Assembly (NCBI RefSeq): GCF_001194135.2
Contig: NC_069004.1
Location: 14,191,589-14,255,588, forward strand
DNA from: Octopus bimaculoides
Taxonomy: Eukaryota
Direction: 5' to 3'
DNA: 64,000 bases
Of the stretch, positions 13,466 through 26,724 are shown one piece after another. A model generated the notes under the pieces. The model saw only the letters and a program-made list of their open reading frames with translations, did not search any database and was not told the origin of the DNA. Numbering within the stretch: position 1 is the first letter of the stretch; each line of letters opens with the position of its first letter. The position numbers and the translations under genes were made by a program.

Positions 13466-13818
13466 ATAAAGGGTAATGGGTAAAGACCCCTTCTGGTCAT
13501 GAATGACCTTGGGATTGCACCTGGAAAGTTCCCCTCTGAGGCACAAGTCTGAGCAAGGTTGTTCATGGAAGGTTGTTCAGCAGTTTCCCATGCATACCAG
13601 CCTCTCCTCTCCATGCCACCAATGTTATCCAAGGGAAAAGCAAAGGCCGATATAGCTTGGCACCAGTGATGTTGCAACTCATTTCTACAGCTGCATGAAC
13701 TGGAGCAATGTGAAATAAAGTGTCTTGCTCAAGAACACAACAAAGCCCAGTCTGAGAATCAAACTCACTACCACATGACTGTGAGCCCAACACTCTAACC
13801 ACTGAGCCATGTGCCTTC
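13466..13818 (-). mobile_element. Near full-length tRNA-derived SINE (family E)
   Basis: Minus-strand head gaaggcacatggctcagtggttagagtgttgggctcacagtcatgtggtagtgagtttgattctc has Pol III A- and B-box-like motifs. The body tgtgttcttgagcaagacactttatttcacattgctccag is shared with family D. Confidence 0.75.
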
Positions 13819-14186
13819 ACACTATGTATTAATGACTACATAGGCACATAGATTAATGGTTAGGAAATTGGGCTCATGATTGTAAGATTGTAGGCTCAAT
13901 TCCTGGACGGGGCTATGTGTAGTGTTCTTGAGCAAAATGCTTCATTTCACATTACTCCTGTACACTCAGCTGGTAAAAATGAGTAATCCTGCAATGAATT
14001 GGCATCCTGTCCAGGGACGAATATATATATATATATATATATATATATCATCATCATCATCATCATCATCGTTTAACGTCCGCTTTCCATGCTAGCATGG
14101 GTTGGACGATTTGACTGAGGACTGGTGCAACCGGATGGCTACACCAGGCTCCAATCTAATTTGGCAGAGTTTCTACAGCTGGATGC

Positions 14187-14234
<48 letters not shown>

Positions 14235-14385
14235 TAGAGAAACCGAAAGACCAGCCCTATGCTCCTTACAGAGTAATGAGGACTAACCAATACACTATGT
14301 ATAAAATAAAAACGAAAATAATAACACAAGATGGTCCTGTCTGATAAGGGCTGACCTGAGACACAACAGACTGTAGTATATTTAA

Positions 14386-14592
14386 CCCCTTGCAGACGGG
14401 AAGTGGTACTGACTGCATCGAAACACTGTGTGTGTGAGTAGTGCAATGTCTCACTCTGTGGGGCATTGTGTCTTCAAATATACCACGCTGAAAACACTGC
14501 AAAATTCCTTGTATGAAAAATTATGTAGTTACTGAATGGCCTAATACCAGTACACAATACAGACTGTCTGTACTAAATCTGTCTGCAAGGGG
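14386..14592. mobile_element. 207-bp piggyBac-type MITE (family M2)
   Basis: TTAA(14382-85)|CCCCTTGCAGAC ... GTCTGCAAGGGG|TTAA(14593-96): a perfect 12-bp TIR plus TTAA duplication. Confidence 0.85.
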
Positions 14593-14794
14593 TTAAGATG
14601 AGATATAAAAATTTTAAGTTCTGAGCTTATGAACAGCATGTCTTACAATAATGATAGAAAGGGCATAAGAAGATCTGAGTTGATGCTTTAGTCCAGTGAT
14701 TACCATCATGATTTTATGTGTACACACACATATATATATTCTTTATTTTCCCTCACCTTACAGTAAGGTGTGCAGCCATGTTAACCACCCAGTC

Positions 14795-15200
14795 AAATGG
14801 TGTGTGTGCACAAGTGTGGTTGTGTAGTAAGAAGTTTGTTTCTTAACCACATGGTTCCAGGTTCAGTCCCACTATGTGGCAACTTGGGCTTCTACTATAT
14901 CCATGGGTCACCTTGGACTTCTACTATAGCCATGGGTTGACTAAAGCCTTGAGTGGATTTGGTAGACAGATACTGAAATGAGCCCATCATGTGTGTGTTT
15001 GTGTGTTCTTGTCCCCCACCACCTGACAATCTGTGTTGGTGTATTCAAGTCCCCATAACTTAACATTTTGGCAAAAGAGACTGACAGAGTATGTACCAGG
15101 CTTTGGAAAAAAAAAAGTACTGGGATTGATTTGTTTGACTAAAATGGCAGTGCCCCAGCATGACTGCAGTCTAATGACTGAATGACTGAAACAAATAAAA
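14795..15200 (+). mobile_element. tRNA-derived SINE family B with internal (TA/TG)n microsatellite
   Basis: Head gtggttgtgtagtaagaagtttg..ggttcagtcccact, body gatttggtagac.gaaactgaaagaagccc, tail gtgccccagcatg.ctgcagtc..atgactgaaacaa. Further copies at about 11868, 12835, 16745, 18085, 20962, 21470, 25584, 31930 and 62190 (+) and 38985-39335, 42930-43320 and 49870-50235 (-). Confidence 0.85.
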
Positions 15201-15345
15201 AATAGAAATATACACATGATATTTTTAATCAACAGGTGGAGAACAAAAACACTGAGGATAGAGACTCTACACTTAAGAGGAGAGAGTACAATTTGTTTAT
15301 TGTTAAGTTAACTTCGTCTTCCAGTTTTGTTTTAGTATCTTGTTC

Positions 15346-15384
<39 letters not shown>

Positions 15385-16908
15385 GCACACACAGTTTTAA
15401 TTAACCTGAACTGGGGTAACTGAGAAAACTTATTTAACAGTCGTATTTTCATCCATTTAAAATACAAGATTTGTTTCTAGTTAGAAATTTCTGATGCAAC
15501 AATTGTATCTGACTTTACCTTTGGTATTTCATTAATTGTAAAAACTAAGAGTAATATTTATGCAATTCAGATTTCCAAAGATACATAACACTGTGTGACA
15601 CGATTTTTGTCCTTAGGTTGTAACTGTTATTTTTTATTTACTTACCTCTAGAAAGTGTGAAAAATGGCTAATATTTCCTTCAAACTTTGCTTTTCTTACA
15701 TTTATTCAACCCCACCAAAGAGTCTCTCTCAACACATGGCTATGGTGCTCCCCCATTACTCCTGCTCATGATGAGGGATGCACATATTGTTACTCACTAA
15801 GGGACATGCTCAAGTGATTATGGTCAAGCAGCTGACAGGCATATCTGTGGTATTGAGCAGAACATTTGCTCTAATGATATTTCAGCTTCAGCAACTCAAC
15901 TCTGAATCTGCCTGAAATGTAATGGAAAGTAGGTCAGTTTCAAAACATGACACCCAGGTCACAAAAGCAAAGTTTAAAGGGAGCAGTAGCCATTTCCTTT
16001 GATTTCTAGATTGAAGCAAATAGGAAGTAACACTTACTGACCAAAGACAAAAAAAAAAAAAAAAATTGTTACACTGTGTAATGAAAATTATTTACCCAAT
16101 CCTTTAACAAACATATTTAAATCTATCAACAATATGGCTGAGGACAGAAAGCTCAGGGAATCATACTAAATATGGTAGGGCCTCACATATATGTAATATA
16201 GTGTGAGTTGATAAATTAATTAAGGGAGGTTTTTACAGGTCATAACCACTTTTAACCTCCTAAAAACAAATTTTGATATTGTTAGCTATTTAAATAGTTT
16301 TGTGTTATCCAGTTCAATTCTGTTAATTGCATTAAATCATTTACTTCTTCATTAAGTTTTAAGACAATGAAAAACGAAAAAAAAAAAAAAATCAATGTTT
16401 AAAATGACTGACAGTATTTGCCAAATAATCTGACCTGAACAGAAAACCTGCTTATTGCTCACTTCTTAAGACTGCTAGACTGACATTAAAGGGTCTCTGT
16501 TCATACATTCAAGACACCTACACAAAAAAGAAACTATTAAACAACCCGAAATAACTCCTATATTAACAAGCCAACAAGAAAACCTCTATAGAGTCATTCT
16601 ACTTATTAGAAATAACAGCTAAATTTCAGTTATGTCACACCCTACTGTTCTGAAAAAGGTAAAGAACATATTAGATATCTTTCTAGAAATAACGTATTAA
16701 TATATGTGTAAAAGACAAAAAAAAAAAAAAGAAAAAAAGATAGGCACAGGTGTGGCTGAGTGGTATGAAGTTTCCTTCCCAAACACATGGTTTTCGGTTC
16801 AGTTTCATTGCATGGCACTTAGGATAAGTGTCTTCTACCGTAGCCTTGACCCAACCAAAGCCTTGTAAGTAGATTTGGTAGACAAACCCTAAAAGAAGCC
16901 TGTTGTAT

Positions 16909-16978
<70 letters not shown>

Positions 16979-18640
16979 TTATGTTTTTGTGTTTGCCCCT
17001 CACCACCAATTGAAAGCCAGTGTTATATCCCCATAACTTAACAGTCTAGCAAAATGATACTGATAGAATAAGTACCAGACTTTATAAAAATTAAGTACAT
17101 GGTAGCAAAGATAAAAGATGATCTAAGCTGGGGTGTCAGCTTGATCAGGGTTGACCAAGGGTTAAACAACAACATCTGGAGGCTGGTGTAGCTCTCTAGC
17201 TTACCAGTCCCAATAAAACCATCTAACCCATGCCAGCATGGAAAATGAACGTTAAATGATGATGATGATTATATAAGAGAGAGGTTTTTTTTTCTAAAAA
17301 GTTGATGACAGTTTATTCGGAGTTTGCTCTATGGCACTTTATTCAATGTACTGAGTTCTACACCAGATAACACTTGCAATATGTAAAATATATTTTAATA
17401 TACTGTACAGCTACTACATTATAGCGTGTGTGTGTGTGTGTGTGCACACATGCGTGCGTGTATGTATAGTGGTAAAGCCATTTATGGTCCATCCAAATTT
17501 TGCACTTGAAACTATGACCTTGCAATCTGAAGGACAACCTCTTTCCTTTGCAGAAAGGTATATATTATGGATTTTTTTTTTTCTTACAATTTCTGAATTC
17601 TGGAATATCTAAATGCATTACTTTTGGTTTTTAGGAGACAGAAACATTAGTGAAGACAAATTTGTATTGAATTTTCCCCCTCAACAACAAATAGATCATT
17701 CCATTTTTATCCACGCTCCAATACTATAATGGTCTTGCTATCATGCAGCATTTTCTTACCAAATACCCACCACTCATACAAATGCTATCTCAGAAAAAAA
17801 ACAAAAAAAAAACAATATCAATTTCCATTTATTCTTCAGATTCTCATTTTACAGGAATCAAATCCTATTTATTTCATTACCTGTTCACCGCTGCAAACCA
17901 TTCTCAACCATTCATGGTTTTTACTCTTAAACTTTGTAATATTTCTCGATACATCAATCATACAGTTCATAGTTTTTAGAAACTAACATTTTTTTCTTAA
18001 GCTTACCATAAGCTATGTATTCCAAGAAGTTCTGATGCCATTCCTGACAGTTTACTGAAGCAAAGGGTATAGAATCAACCATCCTACTGCATGGCACTTT
18101 GGGTAAGTGTCTTCTCCTATAGCCTTGGGCCAACCAAAGTACTGAGTGAATTTAGTAGACAGAAACTGAAAGAAGCCTGCTACATGTGTGTGTGCGCAAG
18201 CACGTGTGTGTATGACAGTTTATATAAACTTAAATTCCAAATGTGTGTCACTGTGTCTGTGTTTGTACCCCACCATTGCTTGACAATTAGTGTTAGTTTG
18301 TTTACATCCCCATAACCTAGTGGTCCAGCAAAAGAAACTGATAGAATAAGTACCATGCGTAAAACGCAAAAAAAGTACTGGGGTTGTTTGTTTAACTAAA
18401 ATTCCTCAAGGCAGTGCCCCAGCATGGCTGCAGTCTAATGAATGAAACAAGTAAAAGATATGACACACACACACAATCTGGTCCAAGCACAACAATCAAG
18501 ATACAGCAGAAGCAGGACAATATCCCAGGTATTGTCATGAGGATAATCTACCAGTTATGGATTTGATAGAAAATTTGGTTCAAAATATCAAAAATGCCAC
18601 CAAAATTAAATGACAAAATAGTAAAAGATTATAACTGAAC

Positions 18641-18854
18641 TTGTTAGCAATCAGATTACACTGTCAAATGTAAGGTGTATTTAATCACATTATCACATTA
18701 ATCATGCATTATCTTACAGCTTTGTGATTTCAATGATGTGATTGTTTACTATTATACTGACATTATAGGGTAGGTGTGAGAGACCAGACCTTGCTGGTTT
18801 GAACATAAAACAGGTAAAATATTTGGGCAAATGACTGGTTTAAGTGCTGAAGGG
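18641..18854 (-). mobile_element. M1 TTAA MITE copy
   Basis: Reverse-complement of the M1 body, ending gtgctgaaggg|TTAA. Confidence 0.7.
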
Positions 18855-19169
18855 TTAAAAGATTTCATTCAATTATCTAATTTATTGTTTAAGTGTCTAC
18901 TTTGATGTGTCCAGTTGCTGAATGCAAATTGCATAGAGGTCAACTTTGCCATCCAGGAGATGTCAAGTACCGGTAAAATATTGGTCATTCTAATCAGCCA
19001 CACTCCCTTCCAGCTCTCACTCAGTGAACTGAAGGAGTTGTTAGAGAATCTGACAAAAAGACTTGTGGCATCTGTCCGCCTTCTATCCTAGAGTCAATAA
19101 ATAAAATACCAATCTAGGTTAGTTGGGTGGCAGAATTGATACAGCATCAGTATATGTTCTAGTTTTTTC

Positions 19170-19600
19170 CCATCCCTCCATCTTCTGTACCCACTATTCC
19201 TAAGAGGCTCATGGGGATAGGGTCTTCAGGCACCGCCGCCTCCAAAGGGCCCTATCAGAAGCAACCATCATTAGACTTTCTGTCTGAATTCCCAAGTGAG
19301 GCCAACTGAGAGTATAGATATTATTCAACTATCTCGTTCTCAATCTACTCCTAGGCCTCCAGCTGGTTGGCTCAGCTTGAAAAATCTGTTTTACTTCCTG
19401 TGACATTCTAATCATGTCCATAGTAACAGAGATGTGACCTCTCAATGCAGAGAAGTAGTGGCTTGACCTGAAGAGACTTCCTGATCTCTCAACTATGCAC
19501 CCTGTCAAGTAACATTACTCCAGAGATCCTTTGGGAGTTACCCATTTTAGCTGCTTGTATTCAGCTATTGGTATACATTTCCAGTCATTACTCAATATTC
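19170..19600 (-). mobile_element. Decayed RTE-type LINE 3' end
   Basis: Minus strand encodes ..RSRLRTR*LNNIYTLSWPHLGIQTESLMMVASDRALWRRRCLKTLSP, resembling the RTE terminal GRPRTRW...A.DR..WR motif. Confidence 0.55.
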
Positions 19601-21136
19601 ATGGAGGAAGAATTAATCAATCATCAGGTTTAACACAACTACATGATACACTGGCTGCTATTAATGGAGATTTCTCGATTGCAAGCCTTTAGGTCATGTT
19701 TCCCCTCCTTATCACTGGTCTCAGAGGCCCTGAAGACAGTCATGCATGCCATACAACAATTACTCCTCTTGTGACTAAGTGATGATAAACAAACAAAATA
19801 AAAATCACTAAATGGTAAAATGTACGATAATTTTTTTTTCTTTTTCTAAATAACTTCACTTTTTCAAATTCTGCCAGTAGGAAGAAAACAAAAAAAAAAA
19901 AAGGAATAAAAAAGTGAATTTGATAATGTTTTATTTTTAACTAAGTAAATTGTAAATAGCTTCAAAGAACACTGGAAAATCTACAGAACAAAAACGAAAA
20001 AAACCCAAAAAAAAAACGATTATGTAAAGTGACATCAATGTTTCATAATCAGGTTGAGAATAAGAATAAATATATATTATCATATAAAGTAAATATTTCC
20101 CTATTGATTGAAGCTGAGTCTATCAATAATGGTCGTCAAGGATAAAGAAGATTGAGAAGCCAGCTGGTGTATTAATAAAGGCCAGAATCCACATAAAATT
20201 ACTATTAATGATGTTTTTACATGTATATGAGAAATGAAACAATACTGAATAAATGTTTGCTTAGATATTTACATCACCAACAGAACCAAAACTACAAAAA
20301 CTACAAAAAAAAAATTATTACTGAGGTTTTAGCCAAGATAAAGATAAAGCAACGTTATGTTTTCATATCATAAAAGTCAACCTGTTTGAGTAATATTTCA
20401 GAATTTTATGAAATATTTTGATGAAAGGGTCTCCTGGCATAAAAGGAAAAAAAATCTAATTATTGCTGATAGGTTTACGAGGAAAAAAAAATCATTAGAG
20501 ACATAAAAATTTTGTTTTTATATAATAACTTATATATAAAAAAAAAAGCTAATAGGTGCAGGCATAGCTATGTGGTAAGAAGCTTGCTTCCCATCCACAT
20601 GGTTCCAGGTTCAGTCCCACTGTGTGGCACCTTGTGTGTGGATTTGGGAGACATGGTTACATACCATCATCACCACCATCATTATCATCATTACTCTAGT
20701 CCACTTAGTTGACAAAGATGAGTAGTATCTGTCTTTCAAAAGGCCAGCCTTATCATATTCTGTGTCACGCTGAATCTCCCTGAGAACTACGTTAAACGTA
20801 CATGTGTCTGTGGAATGCTCAGCCACTTGCATGTTAATTTCATGAGCAGATTGTTCTGTTGATCAGATCAACTAGAACCAGCATCATTATAACCAACAGA
20901 GTGCCAGTTTGCATACAATGATGTAGGCTAGATTTTTTGGGGGAAAAATGCATACCAAATAGGTGCAGGCTTGGCTGTGTGGTAAGAAGCTTGCTTCCCA
21001 ACCACATGGTTCTGGGTTCAGTCCCACTGCGTGGCACCTTGGGCAAGTGTCTTCTACTATAGCCTTGGGCTGACCAAAGCCTTGTGAGTGGATTTGGTAG
21101 ACGGAAACTGAAAGAAGCCCATTGTGNNNNNNNNNN

Positions 21137-21180
<44 letters not shown>

Positions 21181-21221
21181 TATATATACATATATATACA
21201 CATATATATATATACACACAC

Positions 21222-21462
21222 ACTAGTATTATAACCTGATTCCATTCAGGTCTACTCGGGCCACATTTTAAAGATGAGGAATTTTGCCCTAGAGGCCACA
21301 TCTTTCCATTGAGCAAACTCAAAGTTGCCATGCAAACTCCCCACCACTTTTAACATAGGTGTGCAAATTTTCAGGTCAATCCGACCACATTTACTAACAC
21401 TTTGACCTGCACAACTGTTTCTGAGACAATGTCTGCCCTTTTCACAAATATATAGTAGAAAT
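21222..21462 (+). mobile_element. Possible non-autonomous Helitron-like element
   Basis: It starts actagtattataacc, contains gtgcaaattttcaggtcaatccgacc and ends ttcacaaatatatagtaga, an architecture I associate with Lep1/HINE-like elements. Recognition only. Confidence 0.35.
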
Positions 21463-22559
21463 ATGTATATCTCTGTGCATCTGTGTTTGTCTCCCCACCA
21501 TCACTTGACAAATGATGTTGGTATGTTTACATCCGTATAACTAAGTGGTTCGGCAAAAGAGAACGGTAGAACAAGTACTAGGCTTACAAAGAATAAGTCC
21601 TGGGGTCGATTAGTTCAACTAAAGGCGGTGCTCCAGCATGGCTGCAGTCACATTACTGAAACAAGTAAAAGAATAAAAGGATTTAGAGAGTGAGGTTGGC
21701 CTGTGCAAGACCTTTAATCACTTTAAATACTTCAAGGAAAGGCATTACTTGATTTTTAATTTATTATAGGACTGCCCATAGCCCCTGAAAAAGGTAAAAC
21801 ATTAAATGATAAGAAAGCTAAAAATAATTCTATGAACTGGCAGAATCTTCACAGCATTGGTGAAGAAAAAAATAAATATCTTGCAGCATTTAATTTAGAG
21901 TTCAAATCCTGTGGAGGTCAACTTTGCCATTCATCCTACTGGAGCTGATTAAATAAAGAGCTCAAGACACCACCACCACCACCGCCGCACACACACACAC
22001 ACACCAAAATTTTGGCCTTCTGGCAATGTTAGAAATCAATCTTTTTCTACTCATTTTGATTCAACATGTTAAAATAATAAAACCAACAATAACAAAAAAA
22101 AAGACACATTAAACCAATCCTTCTTCCCCACTGNNNNNNNNNNNNNNNNNNNNNNNNNNNNNNNNNNNNNNNNNNNNNNNNNNNNNNNNNNNNNNNNNNN
22201 NNNNNNNNNNNNNNNNNNNNNNNNNNNNNNNNNNNNATATATATATATATATATAATATAATATAATATAGGATAAAATCTTTATAAGAATTTATCAAGT
22301 AGTCAGCGTGAGGCATTACTATATAGTTAATGCCCTTATATAAATTAGTATACAAATTTAATCTGCGGTCCATGGGATGAACCGTTTTAACGATGCATCC
22401 TGCCCGAAGCTCGTCGAAACGCCGGTGTTAAAACGTGGGTAGCTGATGAAGTAGAATGTTCTCTATGTGGCTCGTGTGTTTTCTCGTCTACGTTTGTTTG
22501 CAATGTTCTGTACCCAGATATGCACCTATACATACAGGTGGATGTCGGTATGCACATAC

Positions 22560-22594
22560 CTGTACGTATATATGCATATACACATTTACTAATT

Positions 22595-22630
<36 letters not shown>

Positions 22631-23179
22631 CAAAATTATATATATATATAAATATATTACACACACATATATATATATTAAACATATATATATATATTAA
22701 ACAAAATTTCCTGGTGATAAAGTTTCTAACTAGGGAAAAAGAAAGTTATCAGTTAAACGAAGAATCTTTATTTCAGTTTGAAAAATATTTGAATGCACAG
22801 TTTTTGTTATTTTTTTTACCTCTCCCAATAAATCATTATATGGTATTACAGAAAGAAAGGAAGGAAGGAATGGAAGAGAAAACGAATTCATCTAAGCAAA
22901 TATGAGAAATCATTCCTTCAATCTAATTTGTTGATGAACAGTTGTGGTGAGATGGTGGGTAGGGTATGAGAGAAATTGCAGAAAGCAGAGTTTATGGAGA
23001 GAAAATAAATATTGATAATTAGGTTTTACATATTTTACCAATTTCATTTTATAGATGCTATATATACATGTATTTACGTAGATATGTGTGCATGTATACA
23101 TGGTGTACACACACATGAATATAAATATAGATATATATATAAATACATATATATACATAAATATATATTTATAGATATA

Positions 23180-23215
<36 letters not shown>

Positions 23216-23282
23216 AATATATATAAATATATATATATACATAAATATATATAAATACATATATATACATAAATATATATAA

Positions 23283-23323
<41 letters not shown>

Positions 23324-23560
23324 ATAAAAAAAAAAAAAAAGTACATAAATATATATAAATACATATATACATATACATAAAGAAATATAAATACATATAT
23401 ACATAAATATGAATACATATATATATATATATCTAAACACACACACATATATACACATATATATATACATAAATATATATACTCATATAAATAAATATAT
23501 ATATGCACATATATATATGATATGCACACACATTTTCACATGTAATATATATGTTATTTA
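22560..23560. repeat. Extended degenerate (TA)n/(TACA)n low-complexity tract
   Basis: Direct reading shows repeated aaatatatat/atacat units. It is the source of the spurious YI-repeat ORFs. Confidence 0.9.
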
Positions 23561-24193
23561 ATGGGTTTATAAAAATTCTAGTGACAACTTCAGCTTCTAA
23601 TTTAGTTTATATATAAGAAAAGATAAAAGGAAAAAAAATCATGTGTGTGTGTGTGTATAATATATTTATATAGATGTAAATTAACTTATTGCATGTTATT
23701 TTATTTTCTAAACAGAATTTATTATTATAATTATCATTAATATTTATTTATTTTTTTTGTAGTTTATTTTAACATGAAGTAAATGATATTGTAATAATGA
23801 TAAATGATATTTTGTCAGTTCAGAAAGTAATTGACACAAATATGAGAATATGTGAATGNNNNNNNNNNNNNNNNNNNNNNNNNNNNNNNNNNNNNNNNNN
23901 NNNNNNNNNNNNNNNNNNNNNNNNNNNNNNNNNNNNNNNNNNNNNNNNNNNNNNNNNNNNNNNNNNNNNNNNNNNNNNNNNNNNNNNNNNNNNNNNNNNN
24001 NNNNNNNNNNNNNNNNNNNNNNNNNNNNNNNNNNNNNNNNNNNNNNNNNNNNNNNNNNNNNNNNNNNNNNNNNNNNNNNNNNNNNNNNNNNNNNNNNNNN
24101 NNNNNNNNNNNNNNNNNNNNNNNNNNNNNNNNNNNNNNNNNNNNNNNNNNNNNNNNNNNNNNNNNNNNNNNNNNNNNNNNNNNNNNNNNNNNN

Positions 24194-24722
24194 TATATAT
24201 ACTCTTTTACTTGTTTCAGTCATTTGACTGTGGCCATGCTGGAGCACTGCCTTTAGTTGAACAAATCAACACCAGAACTTATTCTTTGTAAGCCTAGTAC
24301 TTGTTCTATTAGTCTCTTTTGCCGAGCCACTAAGTTACGGGGACATAAACACATCACCATTAGTTGTCAAGCGATTGGGGGGACAAACACAGACACACAC
24401 ATACATATATATACATATATATATACATATATATGACGGGCTTCTTTCAGTTTCCGTCTACCAGAAACTGAAAAAAGCCCGTCACACACACACATAGATA
24501 TCTGTGCATGTGTGTCTGTGTTTCTCCCCTGTCATCACTTGACAACCGGTGTTGGTGTGTTTAAGTCTCCGTAACTTAGCAGTCCGGCAAAAGAAACCGA
24601 AAAAATACCAGGCTTAAAATATGAGTTTGGGGTGAGTGGGTGGGAAGTTCATTCAACTAAAAATTCTTCAAGGGTGGTGCCCCAACATGGCCACAGTCTA
24701 ATGACTGAAACTAGTAAAAGAC
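24194..24722. mobile_element. Two 5'-truncated family B SINEs joined back-to-back (minus then plus)
   Basis: 24194-24454 is a minus-strand 3' half and 24464-24722 a plus-strand 3' half. Junction: gacgggcttctttcagtttc-cgtctacca-gaaactgaaaaaagcccgtc. Confidence 0.85.
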
Positions 24723-25199
24723 AGAAGATAAACACAGACAATTTCCCTTCATTGGTTCAACAATTAAATGAAAGCTACAGTCCTGCCAAGGACATACTTG
24801 TTCAAAACCCAGATTTGAAACCATTAATACTTGAAATGAGATATTGTTGCCAAGAAGGAGGAAACGCACTCGCCCAGCGTGCTAACGTTTCTGCCAGTTC
24901 GCTGCCTTCATCCCAGCTCGCCACCTTCATTTTATTTCTGTGGAGTTCAAGAGGTTTCAAATGCCTTATCAAGTTTGTTATCAAAAGAGAACACCTATTT
25001 GCTGAATATATTTCAATTGATAACACTGATAGCTTGAGTGTTTACATGTAACAACTACAGTAGATATTACTCTGCCATAATTGTTACAGTACATATAGCA
25101 ACTATAATAGCAGTACAGCAAAGACACTACACTGCAGTAAATACAGAGATATAGTCACTAATAGTATCGTCACAGTGGCAAATATGCTTGGTTGCTTCT

Positions 25200-25445
25200 C
25201 GCTTCATGTTCTTGCTTGATAAAGGCCGGGGTCATCTCAGGTTAGTGGTCCCAAAGATGTCATCTTGTGTAGAGTTGACCAAGTCCAGCAGTGCTCTCCA
25301 TCACTGGCAGTCCCATGCCAGCTCCTCTGCATCCTCCAAGGGGACTTTGAGCCACTGGAGATCTTCCCCAGTCACATCCAGTCATATGGTGTGCGGCTTG
25401 CCACAAGGCCTCTTCCAGCCCACAACTGTTGCATTGAATGAGAGT
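25200..25445 (-). mobile_element. RTE-type LINE 3' end
   Basis: Minus translation GWKRPCGKPHTI*LDVTGEDLQWLKVPLEDAEELAWDCQ*WRALLDLVNST matches the RTE ORF terminus pattern. Confidence 0.75.
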
Positions 25446-26524
25446 TAAGCTCTAGTAAGATGATCTAATGAAGTAAATATAGTCATTATAAAAGATATAG
25501 TTTCTATTGATAAATATCCCTTGTTGTAGGCACAGGTGTGACTTTTAGGTGCAGGCGTGACTTTTAGGTGCAAATGTGCCTTTTAGGTGCAGGCGTGGTT
25601 GTGTGGTAAGAAGTTTGCTTCCCAACCACATGTTTCCAAGGTTCAGTCCCATTGCATGGCACCTTGGCCAAGTGTCTTTTACTATAGCCTTTAGCTGACC
25701 AAAGCACTGTGAGTGAATAGACAGAAACTGAAAGAAGCCAATCATGTGTATGTGTGTCCGTCCTTGACCACCACTTGAAAAATGGAGTTGGTGTGCTTAT
25801 GTCCCCATAATTTAGCAGTTCAGCAAAAAAGTACCATGCTTAAAAAAAAAAGGATTGGGATTAATTCATTCAACTAAAATTCTTCAAAATTCTTCAATGC
25901 AGTGCCCCAGCATGGCCGCAGTCAAATGACTGAAATGAGTAAAAGATAAAAGGTAACTATTTTACTCAGTCTAACTATCAAGAAAATAACTATTTACCTA
26001 TTCCATACCATGGCTGACTCATAGAGAATTTGTACAAATATCCAAATTTTCAGACCTAACTACCCAACACCAACCAACCAAACAACACTGACCTTGGGAG
26101 TGTTACAACAATAACAACAACAAAGCCATTAACAATGAAATGCCACACAAGAGATTTAAAATATATTGATTTAATGTTTTTTTTTCTCCCCTGATGAAGA
26201 GACAAATATATGTAGGTGTGATAGCAAAGGTGGTTTAACCTATTTATAAAGCAAATATTTCTCCTAGACTCCCTAATGGGACCACATGAACCTGTTAAAC
26301 AGTTTCTATGGAGTGAAAACAAACTAGAAACTGTCAGAACTCATAGTTGGTATTGATAAAAGAAAAATACTAATAATAGTCTTAAAATAAGTCCCTCTGT
26401 TATTGTCTGTTTAGCTTCCACCCCCATCAGTTCTGAACAAGGAGCCCCATAATCAAAAGACATTCCAGCCATGAGCATCCCATCTTTTTCTAAGCACAGT
26501 GCATTGATGAAAACATTATTCTGT

Positions 26525-26724
26525 GCCAAATATAGCCAGCTTCAGCATGCTAAAATATTTGAGCCAGATACAGCTGGCTTGAGCATAAGACAAGAATTTG
26601 AGCCTGATATAGCCAGTTTCAGCATAAAACAAGTAGAATATTTGAACCAGATATGGAAGGTTTGAACATAAAACAGATAGAATATTTGAGCTGGATACAA
26701 CCAGTTTAAATGCTAAATGGTTAA
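26525..26724 (-). repeat. M1 MITE end with a ~43-bp subterminal unit in 4-5 tandem copies
   Basis: Repeated gagccagata..gcc.gttt.agcataaaaca.gtagaatattt, ending gtttaaatgctaaatgg|TTAA. Confidence 0.7.

Noticed and set aside
17470-17547. Possible plus-strand exon VVKPFMVHPNFALETMTLQSEGQPLSFAER with donor gtatat
   Set aside because: The acceptor is made of TG repeat, splicing to the next AG (17634) gives an immediate stop, and there is no homology.
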